From contig OZ037765.1 in the NCBI GenBank assembly GCA_964035545.1, positions 23,621,504-23,685,503 of the forward strand: 64,000 nt of DNA. The letters run 5' to 3'. This DNA is from Bugula neritina. Its lineage: Eukaryota > Animalia > Bryozoa. This document shows, piece after piece, positions 48,068 through 63,000 of this stretch (positions are counted from its first letter, which is position 1; every line of letters starts with the position of its first letter). The notes under the pieces were generated by a model. That model was given only the letters and a program-made list of their open reading frames with translations, had not been told where the DNA came from and did not search any database. The translations under genes and the position numbers were made by a program.

Positions 48068-51000
48068 TCATTGATCTAAGGTAGGCTGATTCTCAACAGT
48101 TTGATCTACATTTGGAACAGTTTGTACATCATCACTGTGACTGCTGTCCACGTCCATGTCAGAAGAGCTGCCCTGGGAGCTGTTGAACATGGCAGTGGCA
48201 CGGTCCAATGTGATCTGTTAAGATAAAAGAAAAATAAGTTAAATTCCTCTCACAATTTTTCAAAATTTGAGGACATTGAAAAGTTTCAAATTATAGTTTC
48301 CAGTGCTAACTGAGAATCTAGAGCTGAAGTTAGTGTAATGTTCATGCATTAATGCAGCACCACATAAAAAGCAGACACAAATAGAAATCATAAACGCGAC
48401 TGTTTCACATAAAGAGTGATTAAAAACAGAACTTAAAAAGTAGGTAGAATTTTTTGGTTAAAAACTAAATGCCAATATTGAAACAAACAAAATATCAGTG
48501 TTACATTATATTTTATTTCTGGTCAGTAGAGTTGAGCAATTTTGAGTGCTATTCTCGTGAATGGAAGTTAAGTATAATTTACTGAAAATGAAACATAACT
48601 TTGTTCAACAGAAATTCAGTTCCTCAATCAATTTACTGCTCGCACTTCGAAGTAAATCACTCTAGTCACAGGATATTCACATGGCAGTGTATTGCTCAAC
48701 TCTCGGAGTAGAATGTTTAGTTTTAGGCTTTTTATTGTTTTGAAAATTAGGAAACCACAAGAATATAACTTCAAAATTAATTCAATAAAATAAATTTAAC
48801 AGTTTCTGGTCAAAAGAGAGCTAGCAAAATGAAGTATAACTATTAAATTCTACATTACATAGTACATAGTCTAGTAGCAATCAGTACACATACCTGAGCA
48901 CTAGTAGTCCGTTGAAAGTTCTTGGAAAGTGAATCTTCATTAGAACTAGTAGCTGTGTGAGATAGCAGACTCTGCTTCTGCATCTTCCTCTTCAGCCAGT
49001 TGACACACCACTGCCACTTGGAAGCGCATCTGAAGACAACATAAGGGTTGCGTTATTACATTGTATTTTTGATAGGGTGATTGTTTCTATAACTTAGCAG
49101 CGGTAAAACCCAACTTACCTTAATAGAAACTGTGACTTACCTTAGTAGATATTGTGAGTTACCCTAATAAATACTGTGACTTACCTTAATAAATACTTTG
49201 ACTTACCTTAATAAATATTGTGACTTACCCTAGCAGATACTGCGCTACCACATTAGACTTATTACTGGCACTCGTAAGTAGCTTGATGAGTTGATAAGAT
49301 TTCTGCGAGTCAGAAATCTGCGAGTCCTGAATTATCTTGAGAATACCACTGTTTGGTTCGTCCACCAGCTCTTCCAACCTCACTGTCTGGGACTGATCGG
49401 GTAACACCTGTCAACATGCAGAAGAATGAAAAACCTTCCTCACCATTAGTCTGTTAAATGTTCTTATAGCAGAATAAACTTGCATAATGATAAAATCAGA
49501 GTGTATCGATGTAAGCGATGGACAATCTAAGTCATTTAGGGGCAGTAGCGGAGAAATTGAGATATAGTCTAAGTTGCTTAATTTTTTATTGAATTTTCGT
49601 CTGGGATGCGGGTTGAAACTTCTTTTGCTACGATTCTAATCTAGAACACAAACTTTTCTCAATTTCTCCATTACTGCACCTACCTCATACAAGTCACATC
49701 TAACACATGTGTTTATTAACATTTAAATCAGCGATCACTGGGCCTTTATAATATAGAGAGCAGTGAAGTAGAGAGAGGGAAGTATGGAGATGAAGGTAAA
49801 GATATTAAACATTACCGAGTAGTAATTGTTACTCACTAGTAATTGGACGGTCAGCTTGGTGATACCTCTCAGCTCATTACCAGGAGATGTGTCAATCTGA
49901 TATCTAATCTGATGAATGAGAGAGTCACTGAAGTGCGGCAGGTTGTAGGCAATGTATACGAGAGCGTCTACTACCACCAGCACTGTGCTACTATCCATCT
50001 CCTTGAGAGCTATCAGAGCCTCTCTGATGAGGAAGTCACAATAAAAAGGTGAGAGCACGTGTTTAATCTCCTCGTTTATGCCAATGAGTGGGTTGGGGTG
50101 AAGCTTTATGTGTGGAAAGTCACTGTTTTGCAACAGTTCATTGTCTAGAAAGTAATGTTAAATTATAATAACAGGTGCATTGATGTACCAACAGCAACAA
50201 TCACCAGTTAAAGCTTATACAGACACTAGCAAATACTGCATGACTTGGTGCATAAAAATAAATACTAACACACTGTATAATGTATTATAAAAATTAACAG
50301 TGCAGAGCCACCTAGTGGTAGCAATACTCTAGCAACATATACACACTCTGTGAAACAACACATTATAATAGAAGATTCTGACTAGCATGTAGAAATGTTG
50401 AGAACATACTCGAGGGTGACAAGAAGTCAACATGTAGGAGAAGAACAGCTAAAGTACATTGCAAGGGTCCGAACTCTCTTGATTGCAAGGGAGAAAACCT
50501 TCTCGGAAGATTGTCCTGCAATAGCAAAGCAATACAAGAATTCTTATGCCGAGCTTAATTTAAAATATTGAGTACACAAATGATCAACAAAGTATACATC
50601 TCATAGAACATGTCTAACGTATGGTACAATTTATACAGCCTACACACATATGGAAGTATAAAAAACGATCAATTCTTTATGATATAAATAGACAAAACAA
50701 TATAGCTACAAATGTTTCATAATGGTAAAGGCAAAACTGTTAGCAGAAAAAGAAACAAAGAATTCCAACTTACTAGTGTGCTGTCTTCACCAAGTTTACC
50801 AATTAGAAAATTAGCAAATTGGAAAGTGACGCCTTGAGTGATGAGATGATCAACTGCCAAGTCCGACTACAAAATAATGTATTGCTTCTCACTATATACA
50901 TAACATGGATAACAACTGCATATACAACGTGCACTACTTTAGAACACATGGGCGTAGTGAAACCACAGCAACATTGGCCTGTAGAGTATATACTATATCA

Positions 51001-54000
51001 CTCACCATTTTACTGTATCTGTAGAAGAATAAGAAGTACTCATGAGAGTTTTTACTATGCTCAATCACCTCTCTGTTGAGTAGAGATAGAAGAGCCTCTA
51101 GTAAGCTATCCAACCCTGTCAGTGGCTGCAAGTGTAGTCATGTAATATCAACTTGGTAGTGAAATGAATTGTTGGTAAGCACAATATTTAAAATACATAA
51201 TTACAGCAATAATTTCAATACAACATAACAACAAGCATTGCTTTTTAATACTCTACTCTTCCATATGATCAAATTTTAACAAGTAATTGGTCTTTAAAAT
51301 TGAAGTACAAAAAAACACTTGTTATAAATACAAGCTAACTTATATTTTGACAATCATGCATTCATACCAAAAAAACCACATGCACACGTATACAGATACA
51401 CCCACTTGCAATTACTGTAATAAGGACATAATCAGAATAGAGATGTACCTGGTGGTGCTGCTGCAAGTAATACATGTACTCCTCAGTAGCACACCTCAAT
51501 AGTCTCAAGAAGAAGTCTCGGATATCTTTAATACAGCAAGTCAACAGAAAAGGCCTAAAAAATTTTAGCCAAAAGACTTTGTAGCCGGCTAAAGCAGACA
51601 AGTTACAGAGATATGGGTCATCTCATTTAAATCAGTACACACCGAGAGTTTTATAAACTCATGTCAGTCTATAGTCACTATCTCTGTGAAAACCCTAATG
51701 GAAAAGGTTTTGTGTTAAAGCGGGCTAGAGACTTTTATATCCAAAATTATTTATTTTTATATTAAACACAAATTGGTCTTTAGCTCAATATGCATTCTAT
51801 AGATATACTAGATACAATTTGATATGTATATATGGGTTGACATAACGCACACAATATAGGCATGAACATCATCTGTTATGTAGTCAATAAACCACTCTAG
51901 CGCTTCTGGGCATTTCTGGAATGACATCTTGAACCAAGTGTACCAATCTTGCATGTCTTTCCTAAACATGAGAAATATAGAGAAAGTTAAGATAAGAATA
52001 TACTTTGTCTTAAATAATATAGAAAATAGAAACAAATCACTTTTTAGGAAACATAACTAGTGTATATTTAAGGTTTGCAAAAAATTTTAATTTAAAAACA
52101 TTTATTTCTGAATCTATAAATATATTTGCAATATTCTAACAATATTCCCAATTAATTTAGGAATAAACTGGGGAAACATGAAGGACAGTACTAAGAGTCA
52201 AAAGTCGAAGATGGGTTTGTTCTTATAACCTAAAGCTCAGATATCTGAAGCAAATAGAAGCTCATGGCAAAATAAAGCAGTATTAGAAAAACAATTTGAG
52301 AAAAGATTTTGGTCATAGAAAATACGACACGGCAAATGCCAGTAGGTTGAGCACTGAGAGGTGTGTATAAACAACTAAATTACCTCAAAACTTCCTTGGT
52401 TCTCAGGTAGGTGTTGAGAATAAACTTGAGAGCAGTCTCTACTTGAAGTTTCATAGAGTTGACATCATCGGATTGTATAGAAACAACATCTCTAACAAAT
52501 GTGAAGTATTGGGGACTATAGACTATCCTGTTACGTAGAAACTGTAGGTTGCTCACTCTAACGCTTTGCTGCACTCTACCAGATATCTTACTGGAAAATA
52601 TCCCCTAAAAGTAGACATACTGATGTAGGAATGGCTACAGAATTAGAACTAAAAGTAAAAGATAAAGTCAAGACAGGGCAGGTCTTGAACTTATGCTAAC
52701 ATACCTGCTGTTCTCCTTTGTTCACCAAGTCGCTCAGCTCGGACAAGCTATCCTTTCGAGCCGAGCTGTCTGAAGACATTCGAATCTTTTGGAATCGACT
52801 AGACCTTCTGTTACCAGCAATTCTAGGAGTAGAGATCCGCTCATAGAAAAGGAGGTAGGCGTTCCAGTATCTTATCCGATCTTCTGGTAGTCTAACATTG
52901 CCTGCAAATAATACCAGCTACCTTAGCTACTTGGTATGACATCACATTAAAACCTTCAAGTTAATCAATCATGGAATTAAATTACTGGAATAATATAAAA
53001 AAAGTATTCAATACATTGAAGATTGCATAAGCATTGCATCTATACCATATATAAAATATAGGGTTACATAATACACCAGAGCATACCTGTGCCATTAGTA
53101 TTCTTAACCTTGTACTTCCCACCAAAACACTCGGTGGACAGGGCCTCGTCGGTCATTTCAAACTCCTCCACTGTTGTATCATTGAACTTGAACCATTTGC
53201 CAAAAGACGTATTCGACATAACTGAGCCTCTCCTGTCTTTAATGAAGGAATAGTAATGGCCAGCGGATGCCTGTCCAGTGTGAACAACCACACCAACAAG
53301 CTCGTAACGGGCTGAGCCACCTGCGGCTGTGTATGGCCCCATATCCAGGACCAGGGGAAACTGCAACACGTGTGACACACACCAGGTCTAAGATACTTTA
53401 TCCACATTAATCTACAAGTCATCTACTAAGCTCATGTATATTGAGAATCTAAGCCAAACATAACATAGTCAGCTACTGTCATTACACATGTATTAAAATG
53501 TCTAGATTTTCCAGATCACAACAAATATTGCTAGTAAACAAATATGGTGGTGGTAGTCAATAGCAACTAGAAGATAACTATGTAAGGCAAAACTTCGTAA
53601 CCCAAAGATATATTAGAGAAAGTATACATAAGGAGGTACATAGACGGAGAGAAGTGCCTAGCACCAAGAGTGTATTTATAGTATCAGTAACAGTCTTAGC
53701 CTTGTATCTAGCATATTGCAATTCAAATGATAATAGTTTGTTACATTTTTACAAACATAATGAAAGCATAACACTGTATAGGGAACCGACATACTTTGAA
53801 ATAATCATCAAACTTCAAAGCCTTGTTGGCTTCCCAGTCAAAGCTAAATCTTTTCAGGTGAATACAGAGAACCGATGGTAGAGTTTTGATGCACATTTTC
53901 TTGACAGCATTTCTCTGTGTAACAGATATATAGACATGCAAGACAGGTGGTGACAGGTGATGACAGGTGTTGCAGAGTGCTGGTGACACATACAGTATAG

Positions 54001-57000
54001 TACTTACTTATTAATACATCTGCACACCTATGCCTACACCACAACAATGCAGTATGACATACGCATGTGCAAATACAAAGAGAGCATTTCTTAAATGTAG
54101 AATCTTGCTGCAGTAACATAAAAGTAAGTCTCGTAAGGATATAAGTCCCAGTACATCATACATTTGTCAAGTGTGGTGAAATAGACTCTATACCTTGAGG
54201 TTACATTTCTCACAGAAATAGGCATTATCTCCCTCTAGCAGGTCTCCTTTCACAAACTGATCCAACGACTGCTCAAGACTTGGGTTACTAACCGTCAGAT
54301 TGAGGGCAAGAAATGGTTCTTCTCTTTCGTACCTTCATTGAATATATACATCAAGTTTACATACTCCACGGGATGGTTACACGGCATATTAGGTGAACAC
54401 ACACACAAAAAAGTTATTTACAACTTAGTAATGTTGCACTATAATGATTAGCCAAGTGGAGATGCACCCATATTTAAATACTTCTTTATAGACTAATATA
54501 TGATATACACTGCTATGTGCATTATATTGGTACATTCGCATGTCTGCACACCACGTTAGTGACCTACATATGCTAACAGACTTATACAGTGATCTACATA
54601 TAAACATACATAGTGACCCTACATATCCTAATAGTGACCTAAATATACTAATAGGGACCTACATATGCTAATAGACATACATAGTGACCTACTTATGAAG
54701 GCAGTCATCACAGTTCTTTTGGTCACTAAACACACCCTGTAATTTATTCTGAAATATCGGACTCTTTCCAAACTTTTTCAAACTTTCATCCAACTGATCA
54801 GTAAGAGCTGTGAAGAAGTCGAATGAATCCTGCAACACATTATTATGTTAACATAACTCCGAATTAACTTTCAGTTTTAATAAACATCCAAATGAACCTA
54901 TCAGAATAGAATATTATGCTGACTATGTGATTGACCTTACCTGCTGTTCCCGGACATTGACGCTTTGCCCCCACAGTTTGAACACATGCCACAACTCTGC
55001 TGGCTCATAGTACTGTAACTGACTGTAAAGTAGATGGCCGAACACGTGCTGCATCTCGTGGAACACTCTGGGAAAGAAAATAGATGCATGCATATAGATT
55101 TATACATTAATATAAACGAAGTGGTGAATAAAAGGTCTTGTGCCATGCAGACTTTCTAATATTACTAAAAAGTATGAGAGGACTGATTCTAACAAAAGTC
55201 TGCTCGGACGACATACTCTACAATGCAGCAAGATACAGATGGTCAAAATTAGTACCATTTACGAGTTACTTTATTATACACAGCTTCTCTTTAGTACACA
55301 TATATTGAACTTAACTAAACATGGTAAATCTCCAGCCTTCTAACGGCATAAAAAGTGGCAAGTGATAAAAAATGTTTGAAAGTTTAAAGCTTTTGTGACA
55401 GTTAACAAAAATATTTAATTGCAAGAAAGATGACTCAATGCTTTGCCCCTAGTAAAAATAATAAATATATATATCTATACAATATTAGCATATTATGAGT
55501 ATAGTGTCAGTATGTTGCAAACTAAATGATAGCAGTTGATTCATGAGGACCATATTATAAATGAGTGTTCTGAATAAACTTGCTAAAAACACAAAACTAA
55601 CGTTTTAACATCTCCTAGTTCATCTTCGTCAACACCAAGAATGGCGTCAGCTATACCAGGTATCATGAACATCTGCTGTATGACCGAGTTCATGTAGCAC
55701 GTCGCGCCTCCATTCTTCAACCCAACAAACCCTGCAATAGTTAGAAATTTTCTACAAACAGTTGCTACCTGTAAGGGATATATTATATATACCTGTGTAT
55801 ATATATACAACATAACATATATAATTATATATTATATTATATTATTATATATTATACATAATAATATATAATATAATATAACAGATAATCAAATACTAGA
55901 ATATGATGTATTGAGCAGCTAGCATCCACTGAACACGAGTATGCAGCATATCACATATACAAGTACCGGAAGGAGCTCTCCCTTCTACTGGAGGCATATA
56001 CTCCCAGTCTGTGGTCTCAGTAGTGGAGTGATGCCACAGGACTAATTTACTAGCCAGTGTTTGTAAACCTTCCATACTGTCTTTACACACTTCTATGAGA
56101 ACATCATATGCAGCAGATTGCGTCAGCGATACCACACACCTGTAACAGAGATACCACACCTGCATAAATATGGTATCGCTGTTGTAACAGAGATATACTG
56201 GGTCCTATATTAACTCATCATGTACATAGTCTACTAGAATGATGAATGTGACATTTTGTGAAATAAAATTATCAGGAAAAACAGCATGCTAACTTCGCTG
56301 ATGAGTTTCTACAAGATTTCAAAGTGAGATAACTTTTAATAATTTCAAAATGGTATGTATTTCATATTGCGATTTTAAAGCGTATGCTAGTCACAGTTGT
56401 AGTGCAGAGGGTAAAAGTTAAAAAGTCTCTAGTATGTAGTCACTCAACAGTAGTGATTTCACATTATTTGGAAACAAATGCTGTGACTGTTGTAGACTAC
56501 TTACCAGTAAGATATATTACTACCAGGCAGATTGAAATGGAATAAAAATTCAACTCAAGTTATGATTAATCTAAAAATACCATCAGGCTAACTTGAACTG
56601 CCCTTATTGATACCATGTGGTTCATTCATCAAAATACTAAGATCGGTGCTGCTATGAAAATACATGATTTTTCACGTAAAAGAGCAATTCTATAGCATAA
56701 CCTCAGTCAAACTCTGAATATTTTATTGATCTCCTCTTGATAACTATGTAAGCTGTCATAGTTAGCACAACTCTTAAAAATGAGTAACAAGGACCTCTAA
56801 AAAGATGTTAGCTACAAAGTTTAGTTTTGTCAAGGTATTGGCATAAAAACTGAATGAAATCTTCAAGTATGTTAAAGTAGTTAGATTTGCCTGTATGAAT
56901 GCATATAAGCACCACTGTACTACACATGATATTCCATTGACACACGATGCAACTCTGAACACATACTTGGGAGAATAATCAGTGAGTGAGTCCCTGCAGT

Positions 57001-60000
57001 CACTCGATCTCTCCAACTTTGAGGTAGGAAAGAGAAACTCATCCAGTAGTGTATGTATTAGAGACATCAGTTTGGTCTTATCTACACCTTCACACGTGAG
57101 TAAACACTGGACTAGTTTGAGATGACCTAGAAGACAAGATGACAACACATAGATGAAAACAGGATGTACAGATTTTTGAAAAATGTCAACAAGAATGCAC
57201 TAGTATTTTACATATCTTTTCGTAAACTACACTTTCTGCATACTAAGTGTTACATTTTTTTGCACTAAAAGTTATTTCACCGAAGAATTGAACACAATAT
57301 CAGCATATGGTTCTACTTTTGTTCTGTATTGAACATATATAGTGTACATATGAGAGGGTGATGTGTGTAATACTGTGTAAGGAACACGAGTAAGCTACAG
57401 TGGAACACACCAGTTAGCAAGATGTCATCAGTTGAAAGGTCAGATGTTCTACTAGCAGAGGGCTGAAAGTTACGGAGCCAGTTTATTTCATCTTTCAACA
57501 TATTCGGTACATTGATGTCCAAACTCTGTTGCTCCTCTAACGTCAGGTGCATTAGTAAGTAGCATCGGAGGTCAAAGTATTGCAGACATTGATTCAGGAG
57601 CCTCTATAAAGAATACATATACACTACAATAAGTGATATATTTGCTTTTTATACATTTAAAATATGTCTGTAAGTAACTTTAGAACATATAATAGCATGC
57701 TCTAAATATACTATAAAAACTTTTTTATTGAATCCGAAAACTGACAGTTCAACAACTTAGAGCAAAATGGAGCTGAATTAAAAAGGAACAAGTACAATAG
57801 GTGTGAATGACATGCATACTTGCTTAGCACCGCGAGTAGAGCAGTATGTCACCCAGTACGGCAGTCTCGCACTCAACACTATTTGCAGCAGGAAGTGTTT
57901 AGGGCTGACGGTAGAGCTGGCATCTGCCGAACACTCGGAAAACTTTTTCAGACCTGAAGAGACACATTCTCGAACTTCGTGTCGGCAGCAGCACGTCAAC
58001 ACATCCAACAGAAAGTCAGCAACACATGGCAGAGAATAGAAGCAGCCTGAAAAAAGGGTGTACACTATATTTGGTAATGCTATCAACATACAGAAATATT
58101 AGCTGTAAAACAAGTCGACTCACAGTATGAGAATGCGCCATTGTTGAGCGACCTAAATCCAGGCTCACATCAACATATTGCATAAATATGAAACTTCAAA
58201 AATAATAAACACTTGCTTAAAGCAGGGCTGTTAAGTTACATTTATGCAAAAATCTAAACATATCAGATAAATACAATTTCACGGTTAAATATGCTCAAGA
58301 AATTTGTCTTATAATAAATTTGAGACGCATAATATGTCTTCAATTCATTCGAGATTTCACCTCACCTACTAATAGCGTTGCAATGTGGCTCAGTGTCGGA
58401 GGACTAGAGAACTATTACTGATTATGGCTAACATTTATTACATGTTATTCTGAACTGCTGCAATATGCAGATTAATCACTAGGATGATGGAAAAGTTTGA
58501 GCTTATAGTGATAACATTTGAGCAAACTCTGTCAAGTGGTGAACTAAAGAAGATCTAGCTGGTTACATTTGCTGAACTTCCTTCTCCACCAGACCACATC
58601 ACAATAAGGTTACCCAAGTTGATAGATCAATGGAAGACACACGTGCACAAAATTTACTATAAAATTAATTTGGGTGTAAATAAAAGTTGGGCATACAACT
58701 CCACAGCTGCATTCAAGTTGCACCTAAAATATTTCTACATTTCAATAGTATCAATGCAATTAGACAGCCTCGCTATAATTACAGTAAAAACTATATTAAA
58801 GTATACAGCAGCCAATTTATGCAACAAAACACTTCAACTTTTAGTTAAAAATACAAACCTATCAGATCCTGTCTGGAGCACAAGCAGAATATCATAATAT
58901 CAAAAGCTTTGACGGAGATGGCAGAATCGAGAGGGTCAACAGCAGTCTGACTGAGACAAACACCAGCGTGGAGACATGCAAGATCGCTGTCACTGCTAGA
59001 GCTGGCAGCACTATCTGTAAAATTATGAACTTTTAACAGTCAGCAGCATTTATTTTCAGTTTAACATAAAACAAAAATTAATCCTAAATAAGTATATATA
59101 TTGCTCATTACTATCCGAATGCTGCCTGAAAATCTAAACAAGACCAGAGACCAATAAATATGTCAAAAGTTTAAACAGGGATAGTGATTATAAACTCGAG
59201 TAAGTTTTTGTAATAGATGCAAGTTGTAAAAAAATAAGCAAAGGGTTCCCACTTAGCTAGGACAAAAGCACAAACTGTGCTACTTTATGGCCCAAATTCG
59301 AAATAGACAAATGCACAAGGTGTCCCAGTAAGCACTGTATGCAATGTATTGGATGATTAGCAAATGTGTACCTGCGCTGTTCTGCCTTAGTCTCCCATAA
59401 CTAGTGAGATCTTTAGTGGGCTGAATGCTGCTGGAGAGGTGGTGTTTGCCTACGCTGGCAGCCCACGACACTCTCATTAGACAGCTTATCATATCAGAGA
59501 ATTCACACAGTTCCATTGACTGCAGGGATGGAAGAGGTAGGGAACACAGTATAGACTTGGCAGTACCCCGAACTGTTTCTCCACATAGGAGATACCTGGT
59601 AACAAGGTAAATGTGTTCTGTTAGATATCTTTTGTTTATCAAGAATGCACCTGGGCAGATAAACTGTTTATTAAAAACAAATTCATTCAGCTATTAGTTG
59701 AATATGCTTAGCCTAAAAATTATTAGACCTTAGGTTAATAGAATAATTTGATTGCTATGAATGATGCAACAGCTGTGTATAAAATAAAAACAGAATGAAG
59801 ATTTCTATAGTGCATATGTAAAACGTGCCATTTCCAAAGCATAAAGACATGATACTTATGTAACAAAGGCATTCACAAACTACTAGTAGTATTACAATAA
59901 TTAGGCAGAATACAGTTAAATTTAAGTGACAGCTCTAAGAGTATCAAATTTTATTCGAGGATCTAAAACCTGAGTATAATTTTATCACAGTAATTACACG

Positions 60001-63000
60001 CGCACTGAGTTTAATACTTACGAGATGATTTGTAGGGCTAGACTATAGCACGCTTGTCTTACTTCATGCTCAACGTCGGCGGGGAAATATTCCACGTGAA
60101 ATATTTGCAGCATCAAGCTGAGTCCATTACCAGAGATGAACTCCTCACAGAACTGAGTAGGTCTACCACTAGGAAGATCCACTGGCATGATACGTGAACT
60201 CAACACCTGCACAAATATCCACCAAAATATATATGTCATTCGGTAGGAATTAGTTGTGCCGCAAAGATATTATACAAAAGCCCATAAGAAATGTCCATTT
60301 ACACAACAAATTATTCATTCTAGCTAACTGCAATGAGCGAAAAAAGTATTTAAAGATTGATAACTTAAAACCCCTAAAATCTAAAAGTATATAACTTTAC
60401 AAAATAGAGGTAAAACATACGCGCTTATCTACACCCTGAAGAACACCACAATATGGCCGCTATGTGTTCAATGTTTAGCCTAAGACATTGATGCTTCTGA
60501 AACTAGAGTAAATGCAGTACAATCGGTACCTCCAGGTTGTATCTAACTCTGAATGGGGAGGTCTCTTTATTCGTAGTAGAAGCTGAAGGTCTGTTAAACA
60601 ATGCTCCAATCACAGTGGAAGAAGAGGATTTCCTGCTCAGCATGGAGGTTTGACTACCGTAGGCGGGGCCAGTAGCATTCCTCACTTTACGAGGACTGGG
60701 GGCGGGGCTGGTTGCCGGGGAGCTAGCAGCAGAGCTGGGCAATGACTCATTGGTGCACGCTGACATCGACCTGGTATGGTGGGCTTTGGTAGAGCCGCCA
60801 GAGCAGGTAATATTATCTATCATATCTACAACTGCTGGGTCCGTGGGAATGAGATGCAGCAAGGCCACAACTCGCCTTGTGATCCTGTCATTAGATAGAA
60901 ACACAACATATAGGAAGTGGTAAACAGACTAACAAGTAATGGTGTAATAATATGTCTTCAAAATTTGTTTTATTTTTTAAATTCATATTTAAGTTTCTTA
61001 AAATATTCTATGGTACTACACCACTAGAACCTCCACAGCTAGAACATGCAACCAGTGCAGAGTTCAGAACACTTACTGATGCTCCCCTAGTTCAGCTAGC
61101 TGGTACAACAGTTTAAACACTTGACTCTCGTGAGCTATCATTACTCCGGGCAAGTTCTTCTCATACTCCCAGTTACCCAGCTTGATGGGTGAAGTGGCGC
61201 CCAGCACAGCACTGGCAGATGCGCTGGCGGTAGCAGTTGGTACACTCTCCGATACTGTGGGCAGTGCCGGCTATAATACAGATACACTCATATACATCCT
61301 TATATGGAAACTTCACATACACTTTATATTCATATATAACTGTACCATCACAACACATTTGTAGTCCTTGACCATGAAACCTTCTCACTGAACATTGACA
61401 TGTCAGAATAGTAGCATACCTCAGACTAATGATGAAGATTTGTAGAGAAGTGACTCAACTTTTACACGCAACAACATACTGTCTGGGACAGCATACTGAT
61501 TAGTTATAGCTAATACCAAACTCATGGTAACATTTTTACAATACATTCATCATACATTTACCAAAACCAGCAAAAACACCAACTAAATTACAAAACTAAA
61601 CACAATAGTTATCAGTTCTTCCAGTAGCTTACAACTTACTTGGGATACGGATGTGGTGGAGGGCAGATAACTTAATCGGAAAAGAATCTTATGCCCGTCA
61701 TCAACTCCAAGCTGCCCTAATAGCCTCTGGTCCTTGTTATGACTTTTCAGCTCAGCTTTGCTAAACTGAATATGCTCTGGACTCACTCCCATGTGATCAG
61801 CTATCAGCGTACGGAAGGAGAGGAGTGACTCATTCCGATGAGTCTAAAACACACCTCCACTTATCAAATAGCAAAGAATGATTAATATAAAATATGTAAA
61901 GACTAACGCTACAAGTATAGAGGCTACCGGCACATGTCTATTCCGGAACAGATCTGGCCTATTAAACATAATTATCAACTAAAATATTAATGTTGAGAAT
62001 CAAGATTCAGTTTTTAATTCAAGTTTATAGCTATAATTTGTATAAGATGGGTGATGAAAAGATGATTACAAAAAGACAAATTCTGCTAAACATGTGTACA
62101 CAGCAGTAAGTGAGCAGAACATAATCATGTGTGAATGAATTAAAAAAAATTACAAACATTCCATTCACAAAAACCAATCGCAAATAAATCATTGCCCAAA
62201 CACTAATCTGAATTCAGCTACATGATCTCTAGACGTCTCATGATCTCTAAGATGTACTCACTTGTATCACAAAGTTTTCCTTCCGAGTCTCAAATTCACA
62301 GTGGATGGTGAGAGGGGAGCCGTAGAAAGACGAGCCGTGCGGTAGAATAGACCTCGGCTGGTTATATGCTTCTTCAACAGCCAACACATAATTCTCAACT
62401 ATCAATAGCAGCCGCTCAATATTGAGAACATATGTGGGTGTCAGCGGGGCAGGCAACTTCTCTAAACCTGTCAATCAAACCCACTCGGCATTCAACATAA
62501 ATGTATTATATAATGTGGGAAAGAGTGAAACATGCGCTATTAAAAATTCTCGCACGATTCTTTCATTTCAGGGGCGGATGCTGCGAAGGGGTACAACTGC
62601 ACACCACATACCTGGCACAATGGGAGCGGATAAGATATGCAAGGCTTGAGAAAGAGATCTGAACACCACGGAGCCTCCAGCCCTCAGTGATATCAGCAGA
62701 GTCTCCAGTCTTTCGTGACATTCAGCAATAAACTTCTTGTGTAGCAGAGCTGTATCCTACAACCACAATCCTAGTTAACATATACAGCAGTACACAGTCT
62801 TAATAGCATGTTCTAGCACATTAGTCTCAAACTTTTCAACAGTTTGCACTTTAAAGGGGTGGTAGACTCCTAGGTAATGCCTATAATAGCAGGTCTTGAT
62901 AACATGCTCTACCACATTAGCCTCAAACTACTCAACAGCTAGCACCCCCGGGGGGGGGGGGGGGTTCTTACACACCACACAATAGTATAACAGAACACTG

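Noticed and set aside
49113-49240. Regularly spaced repeats resembling a CRISPR array
   Set aside because: Head-to-tail units without unique spacers, in a eukaryotic intron, with no cas genes.
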